A stretch of 63,855 nt of DNA, the filler included, from Nemertoderma westbladi (taxonomy: Eukaryota; Animalia; Xenacoelomorpha): NCBI GenBank assembly GCA_032718475.1. It is 3 parts of 3 records of this genome, joined end to end, with 100 filler letters (N's around TTAATTAATTAA, not from the genome) between each part and the next. Parts side by side here need not be neighbours in the genome. Positions count along the whole stretch, not along the records: positions 27,614 to 54,282 come from JAUCBJ010001070.1; 2 more parts are not named here. One strand, written 5' to 3'. Of this stretch, positions 37,601 to 50,684 are shown one piece after another. The first letter of the stretch is position 1. Each line of letters begins with the position of its first letter. Both the position numbers and the translations under genes were made by a program. Under the pieces are notes generated by a model, which ran no database searches, was not told the origin of the DNA, and worked only from the letters and a program-made list of their open reading frames with translations.

Positions 37601-38992
37601 AAAACTCGCAGCCGATAGTGATTGTGAGAAGTTGGAGATTTCGTCAATCTACAAAAATTAGAATAAACTCTTCGCTTACTAACATTTTAATGCTAAAATA
37701 TATAAACAGTTATTACATTAGTAAAAATTATTAATTACTGATCTAGAATAAATAATATGAAATCAAAAGAATACGTTTCTAGAACGTATCAAGCAAAGCA
37801 AACAGGTCGGCTGAAGCCGGAAGCGACCAGAAGGCTCCCCTTTCGATAGCTACTACCCGAAGGTATTGTAGTAATCTTCAACAATTCATTATTCTGTTTT
37901 ACTCAATTTGTTAAATAATTTATTGTCAATTTCGACTTCCTATATAGGATAAAAGGATAAAGATGCCATTATCATTCTCACCTTACTGTATATTTTGCCA
38001 GTGCATTATTCTCCTTTAGGGCCTTTTCCCATTTGGCTAAATCCTCAGGAGTATCCTACCGGCTGGTCGGGGAACAGGACTTCTGAATGAAGAGTCTCTC
38101 CTTGAATCCATTCCATTATTTTTAAAGTTCCTTGGACACTTTTCAACTCCTCCTTCCTCCTTTATTTCCTCCAAGGAGGGAACAATGTTGTTACGGTCCG
38201 GGAAATCCAAAACATGAACACATTTGGTTCATGTGGATGCAAATTAAATAATTAAAATTATATAGTTGTACACCCTACAGTTATGTAGGCCTAGTTGACA
38301 CGCACTGGGTAGGTAGGTGTGTTAAACAATCTGCACTGGCAAGGACTGGACAATAACGATAATGAAAACAATGGACATACACGTGCAAAGTTCTGTACCA
38401 CAGAGGGCCTAATAAAGATAACATTAGGACAACATTATAATAATATTGTTATTCAACGCAGTTGAATTATGACCCGCCAACATTCGAAAAACAACGTTAG
38501 AATAACCTTTTCGCATCATTGTTATAACAATGCTATGATTCATTCCCAATGCAAATTATTTCCAAAGCAAATATTTTGATTTGAATATTTCGATAACATT
38601 GGAAATAGATTATAATATCAATAGTATGGAATATAGTATTAGAATATCATTCAAAATATGTTGCGATTAAGTGTGTTAAATAAAAAACATTGCTGTTCCA
38701 ATGTATTCTGAATGTCATTTCACTATCTGAATTTTAATATTAGTATTTAAATATTATTTTAGATTATTTCAATATTAAAATGTAAAATTTCGGGTTTTTC
38801 TCAAATAATTTGTCTCATTGCACTATTGCACAACTTTTTAGCAGCATTAAATTTCCAATACAAAATTAATCCTCGGATACTTCTGGTTTGCAGGGTAGGC
38901 TCTTATATGCCAAATTTTAGCCAAAACCAAACAATTTTTAAACGCTGAGAGTGATAAATCGAAGAGTTGTCCGAAAATGGTGTACCCCCCCC
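34689..38992. mobile_element. 4.3-kb non-autonomous Kolobok-like DNA element
   Basis: TTAA at 34685-34688 and 38993-38996; TIR G(n)TACACCATTTT / AAAATGGTGTAC-C(n); no transposase ORF. Confidence 0.75.
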
Positions 38993-39185
38993 TTAAGTCG
39001 GCTTGTCACTCCATAACTACATTTAATTTATGTCTGTCTGTCCGTCAGCTGATAACAGATTGTATACAAATTATACCCCCATGCCCCCCCCCCCCCACCC
39101 CCCAAAAAAAAATATTTTGGAACTATTAATACCAAAGAACTATATAACTGCTTTAATTAATTATTTATCGCTGCTTTTATTCTAG

Positions 39186-39493
39186 AATTGGAAGGCGCTC
39201 ATAGAGCGAATATTAATAAGAAATTACGTAAGAAGAGAGAATCCACGGTGGTTGTTGGCGACCTTCATCCCTTACTGGAGACCATCGCCGATATAGCTGA
39301 TACTAACAAACATAAAGATATCAAACTCGTAAACAACTCAAAGATTTCAAAACTCAAACTGAAACAGCGTGTTAAAGAACATAAAACCTCAGTTAATTTG
39401 TTTAAACAGGTTTTACAGCACAAAGACGTTAAGGCCAATCCTTGGGAAACCATACGGCGTCACCTGGAGGTTAAAATATCAAAAGACATTTAA
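39186..39493 (+). CDS. SLX9: Ribosome biogenesis protein SLX9/FAM207A homolog, terminal coding exon (upstream exons not located)
   Basis: Acceptor TTTTATTCTAG at 39185; KLRKKRESTVVVGDLHPL...FKQVLQHKDVKANPWETIRRHL matches the SLX9 C-terminal pattern. Confidence 0.75.
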
Positions 39494-40794
39494 ACTTCCT
39501 AAATTATTTAATATAATCCATGTATGTTCAGAAGTTGTCTCTTTAATTAGCATACAATATTATTTAGTGTTAAATTAATCGGCCAAGGTTCTAGGTGTGA
39601 AAGCTAAGAAAAAAAAGCCTTAATAGTGGGTGACCTAGATTTTGCATGCAACTACTACTACTAGGATCGGCATGCTGCATTGCAGCTGCATTTTTAAGAA
39701 TGCTGTGCCGGCTTGTCGACAAAATTGCGCCGCCACAACTCCCTCCCCATGACATTTGCTAGATCATCCGCATCTTCAAGGCCAGTGTCCTTTAAGATGC
39801 GTCTCAAGAAAGTCATGGGCTGTCCACCATGCTTATTCACTCCATGAGGCTGCCAAAGTACAAGATTATGCACTGGCTGGTCCTCACGGCGAAAGCAATG
39901 TCCTGCAAAGCGGAGGCGATTTTGTTCTAGTGTCAAGCTTGGGGGAACCAACGAGAAACATCCAATGTTATATAGTGTCTGGTTGGAGATGTGTGCATTG
40001 TACTTGACACAATGAACCCGGCGTAGCATTCTTGTGAATGTGTCATCCAGAGATTTATATTTAAATGGGAAAGAAGTCGAAATGATGCCGTTCGTGGCGT
40101 ATCCATAGTTATAGCTTCAGGGATAATGACTGTAGAAAGGGTCTAATGCCACTGTTAACAAAATCAGTTTCAATTTATAAACCTAAACCAAAATATTAAA
40201 TTCAACGTACGGTACCACTAATTATTATGCCACCAAATTCCGATATAGACAGTATGATAGGATGTATTAGATTAACATATTTAGATTTATCGTAATACTG
40301 TATGTAGGCCATTAAATGATTAAAAATTGTTGGTTCCATTATTAAGTCGTTGAATTACAAATTTACAAATAAAAGTGAGGCTGGTAAAAGAGTAAAAAAA
40401 TTATAAAAAATGTTGGTTCTGAAATAAAAAATCATTAAAATATATAATTTAAAAGAAAGGAAAAGAATACCTAAACCACGAGCTGCATAAAATTGAGGGG
40501 GATAAAAAGACATATTACTGTTACTAAATAAAAGGAATCCCTACAAGATTATGGTAAGTCCGATGAATAATATATTATAGGCAATGTAATATATAATAAT
40601 AGAATCGGGCTAACTGACTGAATAATAATAGCAACTACTGAACTAGCAGACTAGCACGGTACTCCTGCACTACATGTGCAGACTGTCCAGACCCAGCACC
40701 AATGTAATATGTCTGAGTAATACCACGGTACCCCTAGGCCCTGTGTCCATTAATTAATACATAACATCTCCCCCATTTTTGAGATTTTAGCAGT

Positions 40795-43200
40795 TTAAAA
40801 TCTTGACACCGATATTCGATCATCAAATCTGACAATCGGGTTTCGAACTCGGGTGCTTCGACGAGGGCTATTATGGTTATTCGTACCTTCCATAGAGTTC
40901 GGATATTTACTTTCAGTTTCTAAATTACTATCAATAAAATTCGAATCGCAAGCAGTTTCATTACTCCCATCTATAGGTTTGTTGTAAAGTCGTATAAAAC
41001 GTCTGTTTCTCCAAGTGGTACGTCCAGATGGGAACTTCAGTTGATAATCTCGCATATGGCCGATGCCGACAATAGTTCCAAGGCGGTCCCAAAGTTTCGT
41101 CCTTGGATCCTGAACGCGAACTGTGGCGCCAATACGTAGAGGTTTTAAGTCATGAGCATTGAGGTTATAATGCTCCACAATTTTTTCGCGCGAAGTGGAA
41201 TATTTCAAATCGGCCTCATCGGCTGACTGACGCCATCTAGCGTCGAAAGAGCTATGGTGGACTGGTAATCTTGAACGTAAGTTATGGCCAAATATGATTT
41301 GATTGGGCGAACGCCCGTCAGGTCGCGGTGTATTCCGGAGTTCTAGAATAGCTTCCAGGAATGGTTCCGAGCTAATATCTTGATCCGTTAATTTCGCTAA
41401 CATTGTTTTAATGATTTTCACATGGCTCTCAGCGTGGCCATTACTCGATGGGAAATATGGGGTGCTGGGACCCCATCTCACACCCCACCGTTCTAGAAAT
41501 TTTCTAAATGTGGTAGCAGCGAATTGTGGTCCCCTGTCTGTCCTTAAAAAAGTTGGAACGCCGAAATCTACAAAAAATTTCCGCATTACAAAAGTAAGTT
41601 GTTGTGCAGTCGGGTCCTGCCGCCATTGGGCCACTATTGGGAAGCCGGATAACAAGTCAGTATAAACAAGGTAGTGACGTCCAGCCAGTGCAAATAAATC
41701 CACCGAGCAACATTGAAAAGGTCGTTCAGGAACAGGGTCGCACATCAATGTCTCCTTAGGAAGGCTGGGTAGGTGTTCCTGACATTTGTTACAACGCGCA
41801 ATATAATTAACTATATCACTGTTAATACCAGGCCAATATACTGTAGAACGTGCCCGCTGCTTTGTACGTACGATTCCCTGGTGTGAGGAATGTAAGCGTT
41901 CTAGAACGTATTGCCGTTTTTTTTTTGGAATTACCAAACGTGGGCCGAATAGGACAAGATTATTGTCCACAGATAACTCGTGATGGATTGACTTGAATTG
42001 TTGGACGAAACCTGAGTATTTCTCCAAGTTTATAAATCCATTTAAAATTGACTCGACGAGTTGTTTATAATCAGAATCGACTAGAGCAGCTGATCGAATT
42101 TCCTCAATAGCTGGGTCGTTGTATACATCGGCAATGGTGTCACTTCCACTGGATTGTTGAAGTTCAGATGATATTGCAGCTAATGTGCATATTGTATCAA
42201 AATCATCTCCAGGTTCGGGATCATTAACTGGCGCTCGACTTAGGCAATCTGCAACACAGTTTTTATTTCCCTTTTGCCATTCTAGAACAAACTGATATTT
42301 TGACTGTAAGTCAGCCTTAATGCGCTGTAGTTTTAAATTCTCGACTTGGTTAAGCGTATGTTGATTGAATATTGGAATGAGTGGCCGGTGATCGGTAATG
42401 ACTCTGAAGAAGTCGATTCCAGATAGATATAACCTGCACTTCTCTATTGCAAATTTAATCGCTATTGCCTCCAACTCAATTGTCGCATATCGAGATTCGG
42501 CATCTGAGAGAAACCGACTACCGCACATAACTAGCCTCCAATTGCCATCGCAATGTTTCTGCATTAGGTTAAATCCGAGGCCATTTAATCTACTTGCATC
42601 AGTCTCTAACCGCGTTTCATCTCCAACCACAAATGGGGTGAGTACCGGTGGACTTATTAATGCTTTCTTTACATTATTAAACGAAACATCATTGTTTGGA
42701 GTCCAAATGAATTGATTCCGTGACCGTAATAATTCTCGTAAAGGAACCGCTGCAGTGCTAACGCTGGAGGAAAAACAACCTAACTGGTTTGTTAGTCCCA
42801 TAAAACTCCTTAGTTCTGTGATGTTTGTAGGTTTTGGGAATTCAAAAATCGCCTTGACCTTTTCTGGGTCGGCTTCAATGCTATTATGTGATATAATATA
42901 TCTGGCAAACTGAATTTCGTTTTGCGCGAATTGGCATTTCCGGGGGTTGAGGGTTATTCCATGCAGGCGACATCTTTCTAGTACAGAACGAACACGTTCA
43001 ATATGTTTATCGAATGAGGAGTCCTCTATCAGTATGTCATCAACAATCTTTTTTATATTGCCAATTCCCTCTAAAGCGATATCCCCACGGTAGCTGTATG
43101 AGTCTCCTGTAGAAATAAAACCCATTGGGGCTCTGCAGTATCTGTAGCGTCCCCATGGTGTTAAAAAAGTCGTATAATCCGCGACTCCTCTGCCAGGTCC
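40795..43200 (-). pseudogene. Gypsy RT C-terminal part, RNase H and integrase
   Basis: TTFLTPWGRY, IVDDILI, ETDAS..GLG, YATIELE, TDHRPL, LHSSHQG..YWPG..CNKC, TDRGPQF, SNGHAE. Confidence 0.92.
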
Positions 43201-45300
43201 GGTCCACCTGCCAGTACCCTGACTTGGCATCTAGTTTAGTAAACCAACGGGCGTCTGGGGTACGGTCGGAAACAATGTCGAATGGGGATCGTGTGTTGTG
43301 GACTGTACGCTTGACCTGAGTGTTAAGTTTAGTAAGGTCTACAGTCATTCTGATTTCCCCCGGGTTGTTTGGCTTAGCGCAAACGACAATGGGATGGCAC
43401 CATTCCACCGCGCGGTCGCCAACCCGTTCGATTATACCTTTATTTAACATGTCATCAATCTCGGCTCTAGCTTTTTCCATAAAAGCGAGTGGAATTGGAC
43501 GTGCTGCATAAACGCAGAAAGGTTGCGCTCCATCCTTTAACTCTATTTGCATTGGGGGTCCCGCCATGACCTTTAACTCTCCCGGTACGGCGAACACATC
43601 AGCGAATTCTTCCCACAGTTTAGTTTTGGTCGCATCAATAGATTTCAGGGTAGGTACATTCTGTATGGTTGATGCAATATAATTAATTCCAAGAGAATTT
43701 AATGGAAGAGGGAACGACTGAAGGACAATGCCGAGTCCGATACATGCTTTCAATGATAAATAAATATCACTTGTAATAGATTCGCATATATAAACCCAGT
43801 CAGTATGATATGTCTCGTTTATTTTCAGTCTTAATTCTATGCGCCCCAGACAATCCATTGATGAACCATTGGCCCCCTCGAGTTCAATATCTGTAGGTTG
43901 CAGTTTATTTTTTGACATTCTGAACCATTTTAATAGTTTTGAGCCGGCCACAATTACTTGCGCCCCAGTATCGGCTATGCAAGTTTTTCTCCCCAATAGT
44001 CCACCTTTCAGCCGATAGAATTTCACGTCAATCGCTGGTCGTGGATAATCTGAACTCGTCCCACCAATGCCAGCTACAACGATAGCACCAGTCTTTTTCG
44101 GAACGGGAGGTTTTTTGGGAAACCGGCATTTGTGAGTGTAGTGACCTTTTCGGTTGCAGTTTTTACACTTTTGCCCTATGGCACTGCATGGTTTGTTGGG
44201 ATCATGAGGATAAATTCTCCCGCAGTGGTAACACTCTCTAACTTTTTGGTTCGACTCTCTAAATTCAGGGGAATTTCCCCTAGATTTTCCCCTAGAATTT
44301 CCCTTACTCCGCGTCTGGCTCTTTCCACATTTGCGATACGATCGCGGGTGCATGGCATTGACTTTTTGTTTTAGTCGCTGCTCATCGAGGATTGCAAGTT
44401 CTTTATTCCTGCAAAAATCCACTGTTTCATCACGTGATAGAGCTGGTTTTTTCGCTAAGAGTTCCTGGCGAGTTTCGTCGTTACGAATTCCGCATATAAT
44501 AAGGGTTATTATCCAGTCATCCTTGGACATTGTTTCAAGAGTAGCGTCGTCGGCCATCTCGCACAACTGGATATAATAGTCATCAAAAGACTCGCGTTCG
44601 AGTTGACGTTTACGTACGAGTTTAAACCGATCTACTGTGATGTTCTGTTGTGCGGGCAAATGGGTTTTAATCGCAGCTAGAATATCATCCATAGACAGTT
44701 CGGTATCTTGGGGAATATTCATGGCATATTGAACACGGTTAAGGAAATCTGGAGAGCAGTAAGAAAAAAACGTTGCAAGTTGATCTCCTCTTGGTTTGGT
44801 TTCGAGATTTGTTATTCGTGCATAGTTTTTCCATGTCGTCTCCCAGCGTTTAAACTCTTTATACTCGATATCGTCCTCTAGTTGATTAGGGGGTCGGACG
44901 GTGAGTTTAGTAGTTTGCGATTCGTGGTGATAGTTGGGCCGATTATCTACGTGATTCCCGCCATTATTTCCACGGAAAGCTTCAAGTATGCGTAGTTGTT
45001 GCTCCTCCTGCCGGATTTGTAACTCCTGTATTTGGGCAAACATAGTCTGTTGCTGTTGGTGAGCGATCATCTGTTGTTGCTGTGTAATTAATGCCGCCAA
45101 ATTTACACCAGTTGCTGTCGCATCTCCCGGGAGGGCGTCATCATCTTCGAGGAGAAACTTACAAAGTCGCTGTTTAAGAGATTTTGTAGATGTTTTATCC
45201 TGGAAATTAATTCCAGCATTCGTTAGATGATATTTAAGCTCAGCTCTACCGAGGTCATCGACGGTGTCCGGATCGAGGTTTAGAGTGTCCTCTTCCGTTG
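43200..45300 (-). pseudogene. Gypsy gag-protease-RT N-terminal part
   Basis: CYHCGRIYPH..C, CKNCNRKGHYTHKC, ADTGA, IRMTVDLTKLN, LDAKSGYWQV; frameshifts near 45245 and 43200. Confidence 0.88.
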
Positions 45301-46752
45301 GTTGGGCTATTATAAGTTAGGCTACGGGTACTGAAGTTAGTCCGAGTGGGCCTACAGCAATTTATGTTGTAATGGTCACGCAGAACACCGCTACGTTCAG
45401 ACAGTTTTTTAGGTTCCAAAATTATGGATATATTCCATAATTCAGCCATTACTGCGCCATGGTAAGTCCGATGAATAATATATTATAGGCAATGTAATAT
45501 ATAATAATAGAATCGGGCTAACTGACTGAATAATAATAGCAACTACTGAACTAGCAGACTAGCACGGTACTCCTGCACTACATGTGCAGACTGTCCAGAC
45601 CCAGCACCAATGTAATATGTCTGAGTAATACCACGGTACCCCTAGGCCCTGTGTCCATTAATTAATACATAACAGATTACATATTACAATTTTTAAAAAA
45701 TGGTTTTTGTTGTTCTTGTACTGATTCCTTTTATTTAGTAACAGTAATATTGCAGCTGCAATGCAGCATGCCGATCCTAGTAGTTGTAGTAGTAGTATCC
45801 CCCTCAATTTTATGCAGCTCATGGTTTAGGTATTCTTTTCCTTTCTTTTAAATTATATATTTTAATGATTTTTTATTTCAGAACCAACATTTTTTATAAT
45901 TTTTTTACCATTTACCTCACTTGCCTCACTTTTATTTGTAAATTTGTAATTCAACGACTTAATATTGGAACCAACAATTTTTAATCATTTAATGGCCTAC
46001 ATACAGTATTACGATAAATCTAAATATGTTTTTATTTTTGTTAACCGTGGCATTAGACCCTTTCTACAGTCATTATCCCTGAAGTTATAATCCAGAGATT
46101 TGGTGTCCTCAGCAGTTAGAGCCCATAGAGGAGTACTGGAACTACTGCTGCTCTAAATAATCGGACCTTAAGTTTCCGGTTAATTATCGGTGACTTCCAA
46201 ATCCTGGAAAGCCTATTCAAGGCTGCCCATGTCTTAAATGCATGCATGCATGAATGTTTGCATGCAAACCATTATGACGGCATTCAAATATAATGTGTAG
46301 GTTTAAACCCACATCTAGGTAGATGTTGAACGGGGTTCTTGCCTCCTGATAAATCCACCATCTCCACTGTTACATCTTCTTTCGTTATGGAATCTGAACT
46401 TACATTTTTGTTGTATATTTTCTATCATTGTGGAATTTATTGATATAATTTTACCGACATAAATTCCTCATAAACTATAAATTGTACTTTTTTTGAACAT
46501 TCAGTAAATACAACAGACTTTATTTACCGAGCGCAGTAGGTTATACATGTATCCGTTTTCTACCGGTCTGTCTGTCGGTAAATTTTCGAAGGCTAATAAG
46601 TCAGTCAATATTTGATTAAATTAAACCAAACTTGGTACTTACCGGTATTTGCGAGGGGGGCTCAGTTATCCAGTCTCCCTCTAGAGGGCGATAACGGTTT
46701 TTTCCTTCCACGTGGGATAATGAATGGGAGCGGTTGAATAAGTTGAAGCGAA

Positions 46753-49700
46753 CGAGATGGATCCACACTGCTGCACAGTCGAGATGGATCCACACTGCTG
46801 CACAGTCGAGATGGGTCCACACTGCTGCACACACAGTCGCGATGGGTCCACACTGCTGCACACACAGCCTAGATGGGTCCACACTGCTGCACAGTCGAGA
46901 TGGATCCACACTGCTGCACAGTCGAAATTGGTCCACACTGCTGCACAGTTAGATGGGTCCACACTGCTGCACACACAGTCGAGATGGGTCCATACTGCTG
47001 CACACACAGTCGAGATGGGTCCACACTGCTGCACAGTCGAGATGGGTCCACACTGCTACACAGTCTAGATGGGTCCACACTGCTGCACAGTCGAGATGGG
47101 TCCACACTGCTGCACAGTCGAGATGGACCCACACTGCTATACAGTTGAGATAGATCCACACTGCTGCACAGTCGAGATGTATCCACCCTGCTGCGCAGTC
47201 GAGATGGGTCCACACTGCTACACAGTCGAGATGGATCCACACTGCTGCACAGTTGAGATGGATCCACACTGCTGCACAGTCGAGATGGATCCATACTGCT
47301 GCACAGTCTAGATGGATCCACACTGCTGCACAGTCGAGATGGATCCACACTGCTGCACAGTCGAGATGGATCCACACTGCTGCACAGTGGACATGGATCA
47401 AAACTGCTCCACAGTCGAGATGGATCCACACTGCTACACAGTAGAGATGGATCCACACTGCTGCACGGTCGAGATGGATCTACACTGCTGCACAGTCGAG
47501 ATGGATCCACACTGCTGCACAGTCGAGAGGGATCCACACTGCTATACAGTCGAGATAGATCCACACTGCTGCACAGTCGAGATGGATCCACACTGCTGCA
47601 CTTTCGAGATGGATCCACACTGCTCAACAGTCGAGAGGGATCCACACTGCTGCACAGTCGAGATGGATCCACACTGCTGCACTGTCGAGATGGATCCACA
47701 CTGCTGTACAGTCGATATGGATCCACACTGATGCACAGTCGAGATGGATCCACAATGCTGCACAGACGAGATGGATCAACACTGCTGAACTTTCGAGATG
47801 GATCCACACTAATGCACAGTCGAGAGGGATCCACACTGCTGCACAGTCGAGATGGATCCACACTGCTGCACAATCGAGATGGATCCACACTGCTGCACAT
47901 TCGAGATGGATCCACACTGCTGCACAGTCGAGAGGGATCCACACTGCTGCACAGTCAAGAGGGATCCACACTGCTGCACAGTCGAGATGGGTCCACACTG
48001 CTGCACAGTCGAGATGGATCCACACTGCTATACAGTTGAGATAGATCCACACTGCTGCACAGACGAGATGGATCCACACTGCTGCACAGTCGAGAAGGAT
48101 CCACACTGCTGCACAGTCGAGATGGATCCACACTGCTGCACAGTCGAGACGTATTCACACTGCTGCACAGTCTGGGTGGGTCCACACTGCTGCACAGTCG
48201 ATATGTATCCACCCGGCTGCACAGTCGAGATGGGTCCACACTGCTACACAGTCGAGATGGATCCACACTGCTGCACAGTTGAGATGGATCCATACTGCTA
48301 CACAGTCGATGGATCCACACTGCTGCACAGTCGAGATGGATTCACACTGCTGCACAGTTGAGATGGGTCCACACTGCTGCACAGTCGAGATGGGTCCTCA
48401 CTGCTGCACAATCGAGATGGGTCCATACTGCTGCACAGTCGAGATGGGTCCACACTGCTACACAGTCGAGATGGGTCCACACCGCTGCACAGTCGAGATG
48501 GGTCCACACCGCTGCACAGTCGTGATGGATCCACACTCCTATACAGTCGAGATAGATCCACACTGATGCACAGTCGAGATGGATCCACACTGCTGCACAG
48601 TCGAGATGGATCCACACTGCTGCACAGTCGAGATGGATCCACACTGCTGCACAGTCTGGATGGGTCCACACTGCTGCACGGTCGGGATGGGTCCACACTG
48701 CTGCACAGTCGAGATGGATCCACACTGCTGCACAGTCGAGATGGGTCCACACTGCTGCACAGTCGAGATGGATCCACACTGCTATACAGTTGAGATAGAT
48801 CCACACTGCTGCACAGACGAGATGGATCCACACTGCTGCACAGTCGAGATGGATCCACACTGCTGCACAGTCGAGATGGAGATCCTCACTGCCGCACAGT
48901 CGAGAAGGGTCCACACTGCTGCACAGTCGAGATGTATCCACCCTGCTGCGCAGTCGAGATGGGTCCACACTGCTACACAGTCGAGATGGATCCACACTGC
49001 TGCACAGTTGAGATGGATCCACACTGCTGCACAGTCGAGATGGATCCATACTACTGCACAGTCGAGATGGATCCACACTGCTGCACTAGTCGAGATGGAT
49101 CCACACTGCTGCACAGTCGAGATGGATCCACACTGCTGCACAGTCGACATGGATCAAAACTGCTCCACAGTCGAGATGGATCCACACTGCTGCACAGTAG
49201 AGATGGATCCACACTGCTGCACGGTCGAGATGGATCTACACTGCTGCACAGTCGAGATTGATCCACACTGCTGCACAGTCGAGAGGGATCCACACTGCTA
49301 TGCAGTCGAGATAGATCCACACTGCTGCACAGTCGAGATGGATCCACACCGCTGCACTTTCGAGATGGATCCACACTGCTCAACAGTCGAGAGGGATCCA
49401 CACTGCTGCACAGTCGAGATGGATCCACACTGCTGCACTGTCGAGATGGATCCACACTGCTGTACAGTCGATATGGATCCACACTGCTGCACAGTCGAGA
49501 TGGATCCACAATGCTGCACAGACGAGATGGATCCACACTGCTGCAAAGTCAAGAAGGGTCCACACTGCTGCACAGTCGAGATGGATCCACACTGCTGCAC
49601 AGTCGAGATGGATCAACACTGCTGAACTTTCGAGATGGATCCACACTACTGCACAGTCGAGAGGGATCCACACTGCTGCACAGTCGAGATGGATCCACAC

Positions 49701-50472
49701 TGCTGCACAATCGAGATGGATCCACACTGCTGCACATTCGAGATGGATCCACACTGCTGCACAGTCGAGAGGGATCCACACTGCTGCACTGTCGAGATGG
49801 ATCCACACTGCTGCACAGTGGAGATTGATCCACACTGCTGCACAGTCGAGATGGATCCACACTGCTGCACAGTCGAGATGGATCCATACTGCTGCACAGT
49901 CGAGATGGATCCACAACGCTGCACAGACGAGATGGATCCACACTGCTGCAAAGTCAAGAAGGATCCACACTGCTGCACAGTCGAGATGGATCCACACTGC
50001 TGCACAGTCGAGATGGATCAACACTGCTGCACTTTCGAGATGGATCCACACTACTGCACAGTCAAGAGGGATCCACACTGCTGCACAGTCGATATGGATC
50101 CACACTGCTGCACAATCGAGATGGATCCACACTGCTGCACAGTCGAGATGGATCCACACTGCTGCACAGTCGAGAGGGATCCACACTGCTGCACAGTCGA
50201 GATGGATCAACACTGCTGCACTTTCGAGATGGATCCATACTGCTGCACAGTCGAGATGGATCCACACTGCTGCACAGTCGAGAGGGATCCACACTGCTGT
50301 ACAGTCGAGATGGGTCCACACTGCTGCACAGTCGAGATGAGTCCACGCTGCTGCACAGTCGAGATGGATCCACACTGCTATACAGTCGAGATGGATCCAC
50401 ACTGCTGCACAGTCGAGATGGATCCACACTGCTGCACAGTCGAGATGGATCCACACTGCTGGACAGTCGAGA
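46753..50472. repeat. 27-bp satellite array (GAGATGGATCCACACTGCTGCACAGTC), about 3.7 kb
   Basis: Continuous tandem units with higher-order duplicated blocks. Confidence 0.97.
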
Positions 50473-50684
50473 AATGTCGACAATCCTGAACGGCGGCATA
50501 TGGAGGGATTATCGGCAAATAATCATTCCTTCTATGGAGGGAGGGGGATGACTCTTTATTTTAATTAAATATTTCCCATTTTCGAATTACAGTTATCTTC
50601 TCTGACTCTCGGAATTTATAACGCCTCGCAGCTCGCACTGTTATCTTAAAGTATTACATTATAAGTCTTGAAGTAAATATTTAT

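Larger units (their letters stand above)
40552..45674 (-). mobile_element. Ty3/Gypsy LTR retrotransposon, Mag-like, full length
   Basis: Identical 215-bp LTRs at 40552-40766 and 45460-45674; GATTA TSD; PBS TGGCGCAG (45459 down); PPT AAAAATGGGGGAGA; gag with two CCHC knuckles. Confidence 0.95.
40057..46089. mobile_element. Inverted-repeat (foldback) insertion with 12-bp TSD, hosting the Gypsy element
   Basis: ATCCAGAGATTT at 40045-40056 and 46090-46101; arm 40109-40540 is inverted at 45723-46089. Confidence 0.75.
39652..46256 (-). mobile_element. RTE family B 3' fragment split into 39652-40056 and 46090-46235
   Basis: (TAG)n tail at 39652; 11-bp TSD TTTGCATGCAA at 39641-39651 and 46257-46267. 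Confidence 0.85.

Noticed and set aside
46616-50499. Many Cys/His-rich ORFs (MDPHCCTVE etc.) resembling metallothionein
   Set aside because: Produced in all frames by a stop-poor 27-bp satellite, with frame-breaking indels.
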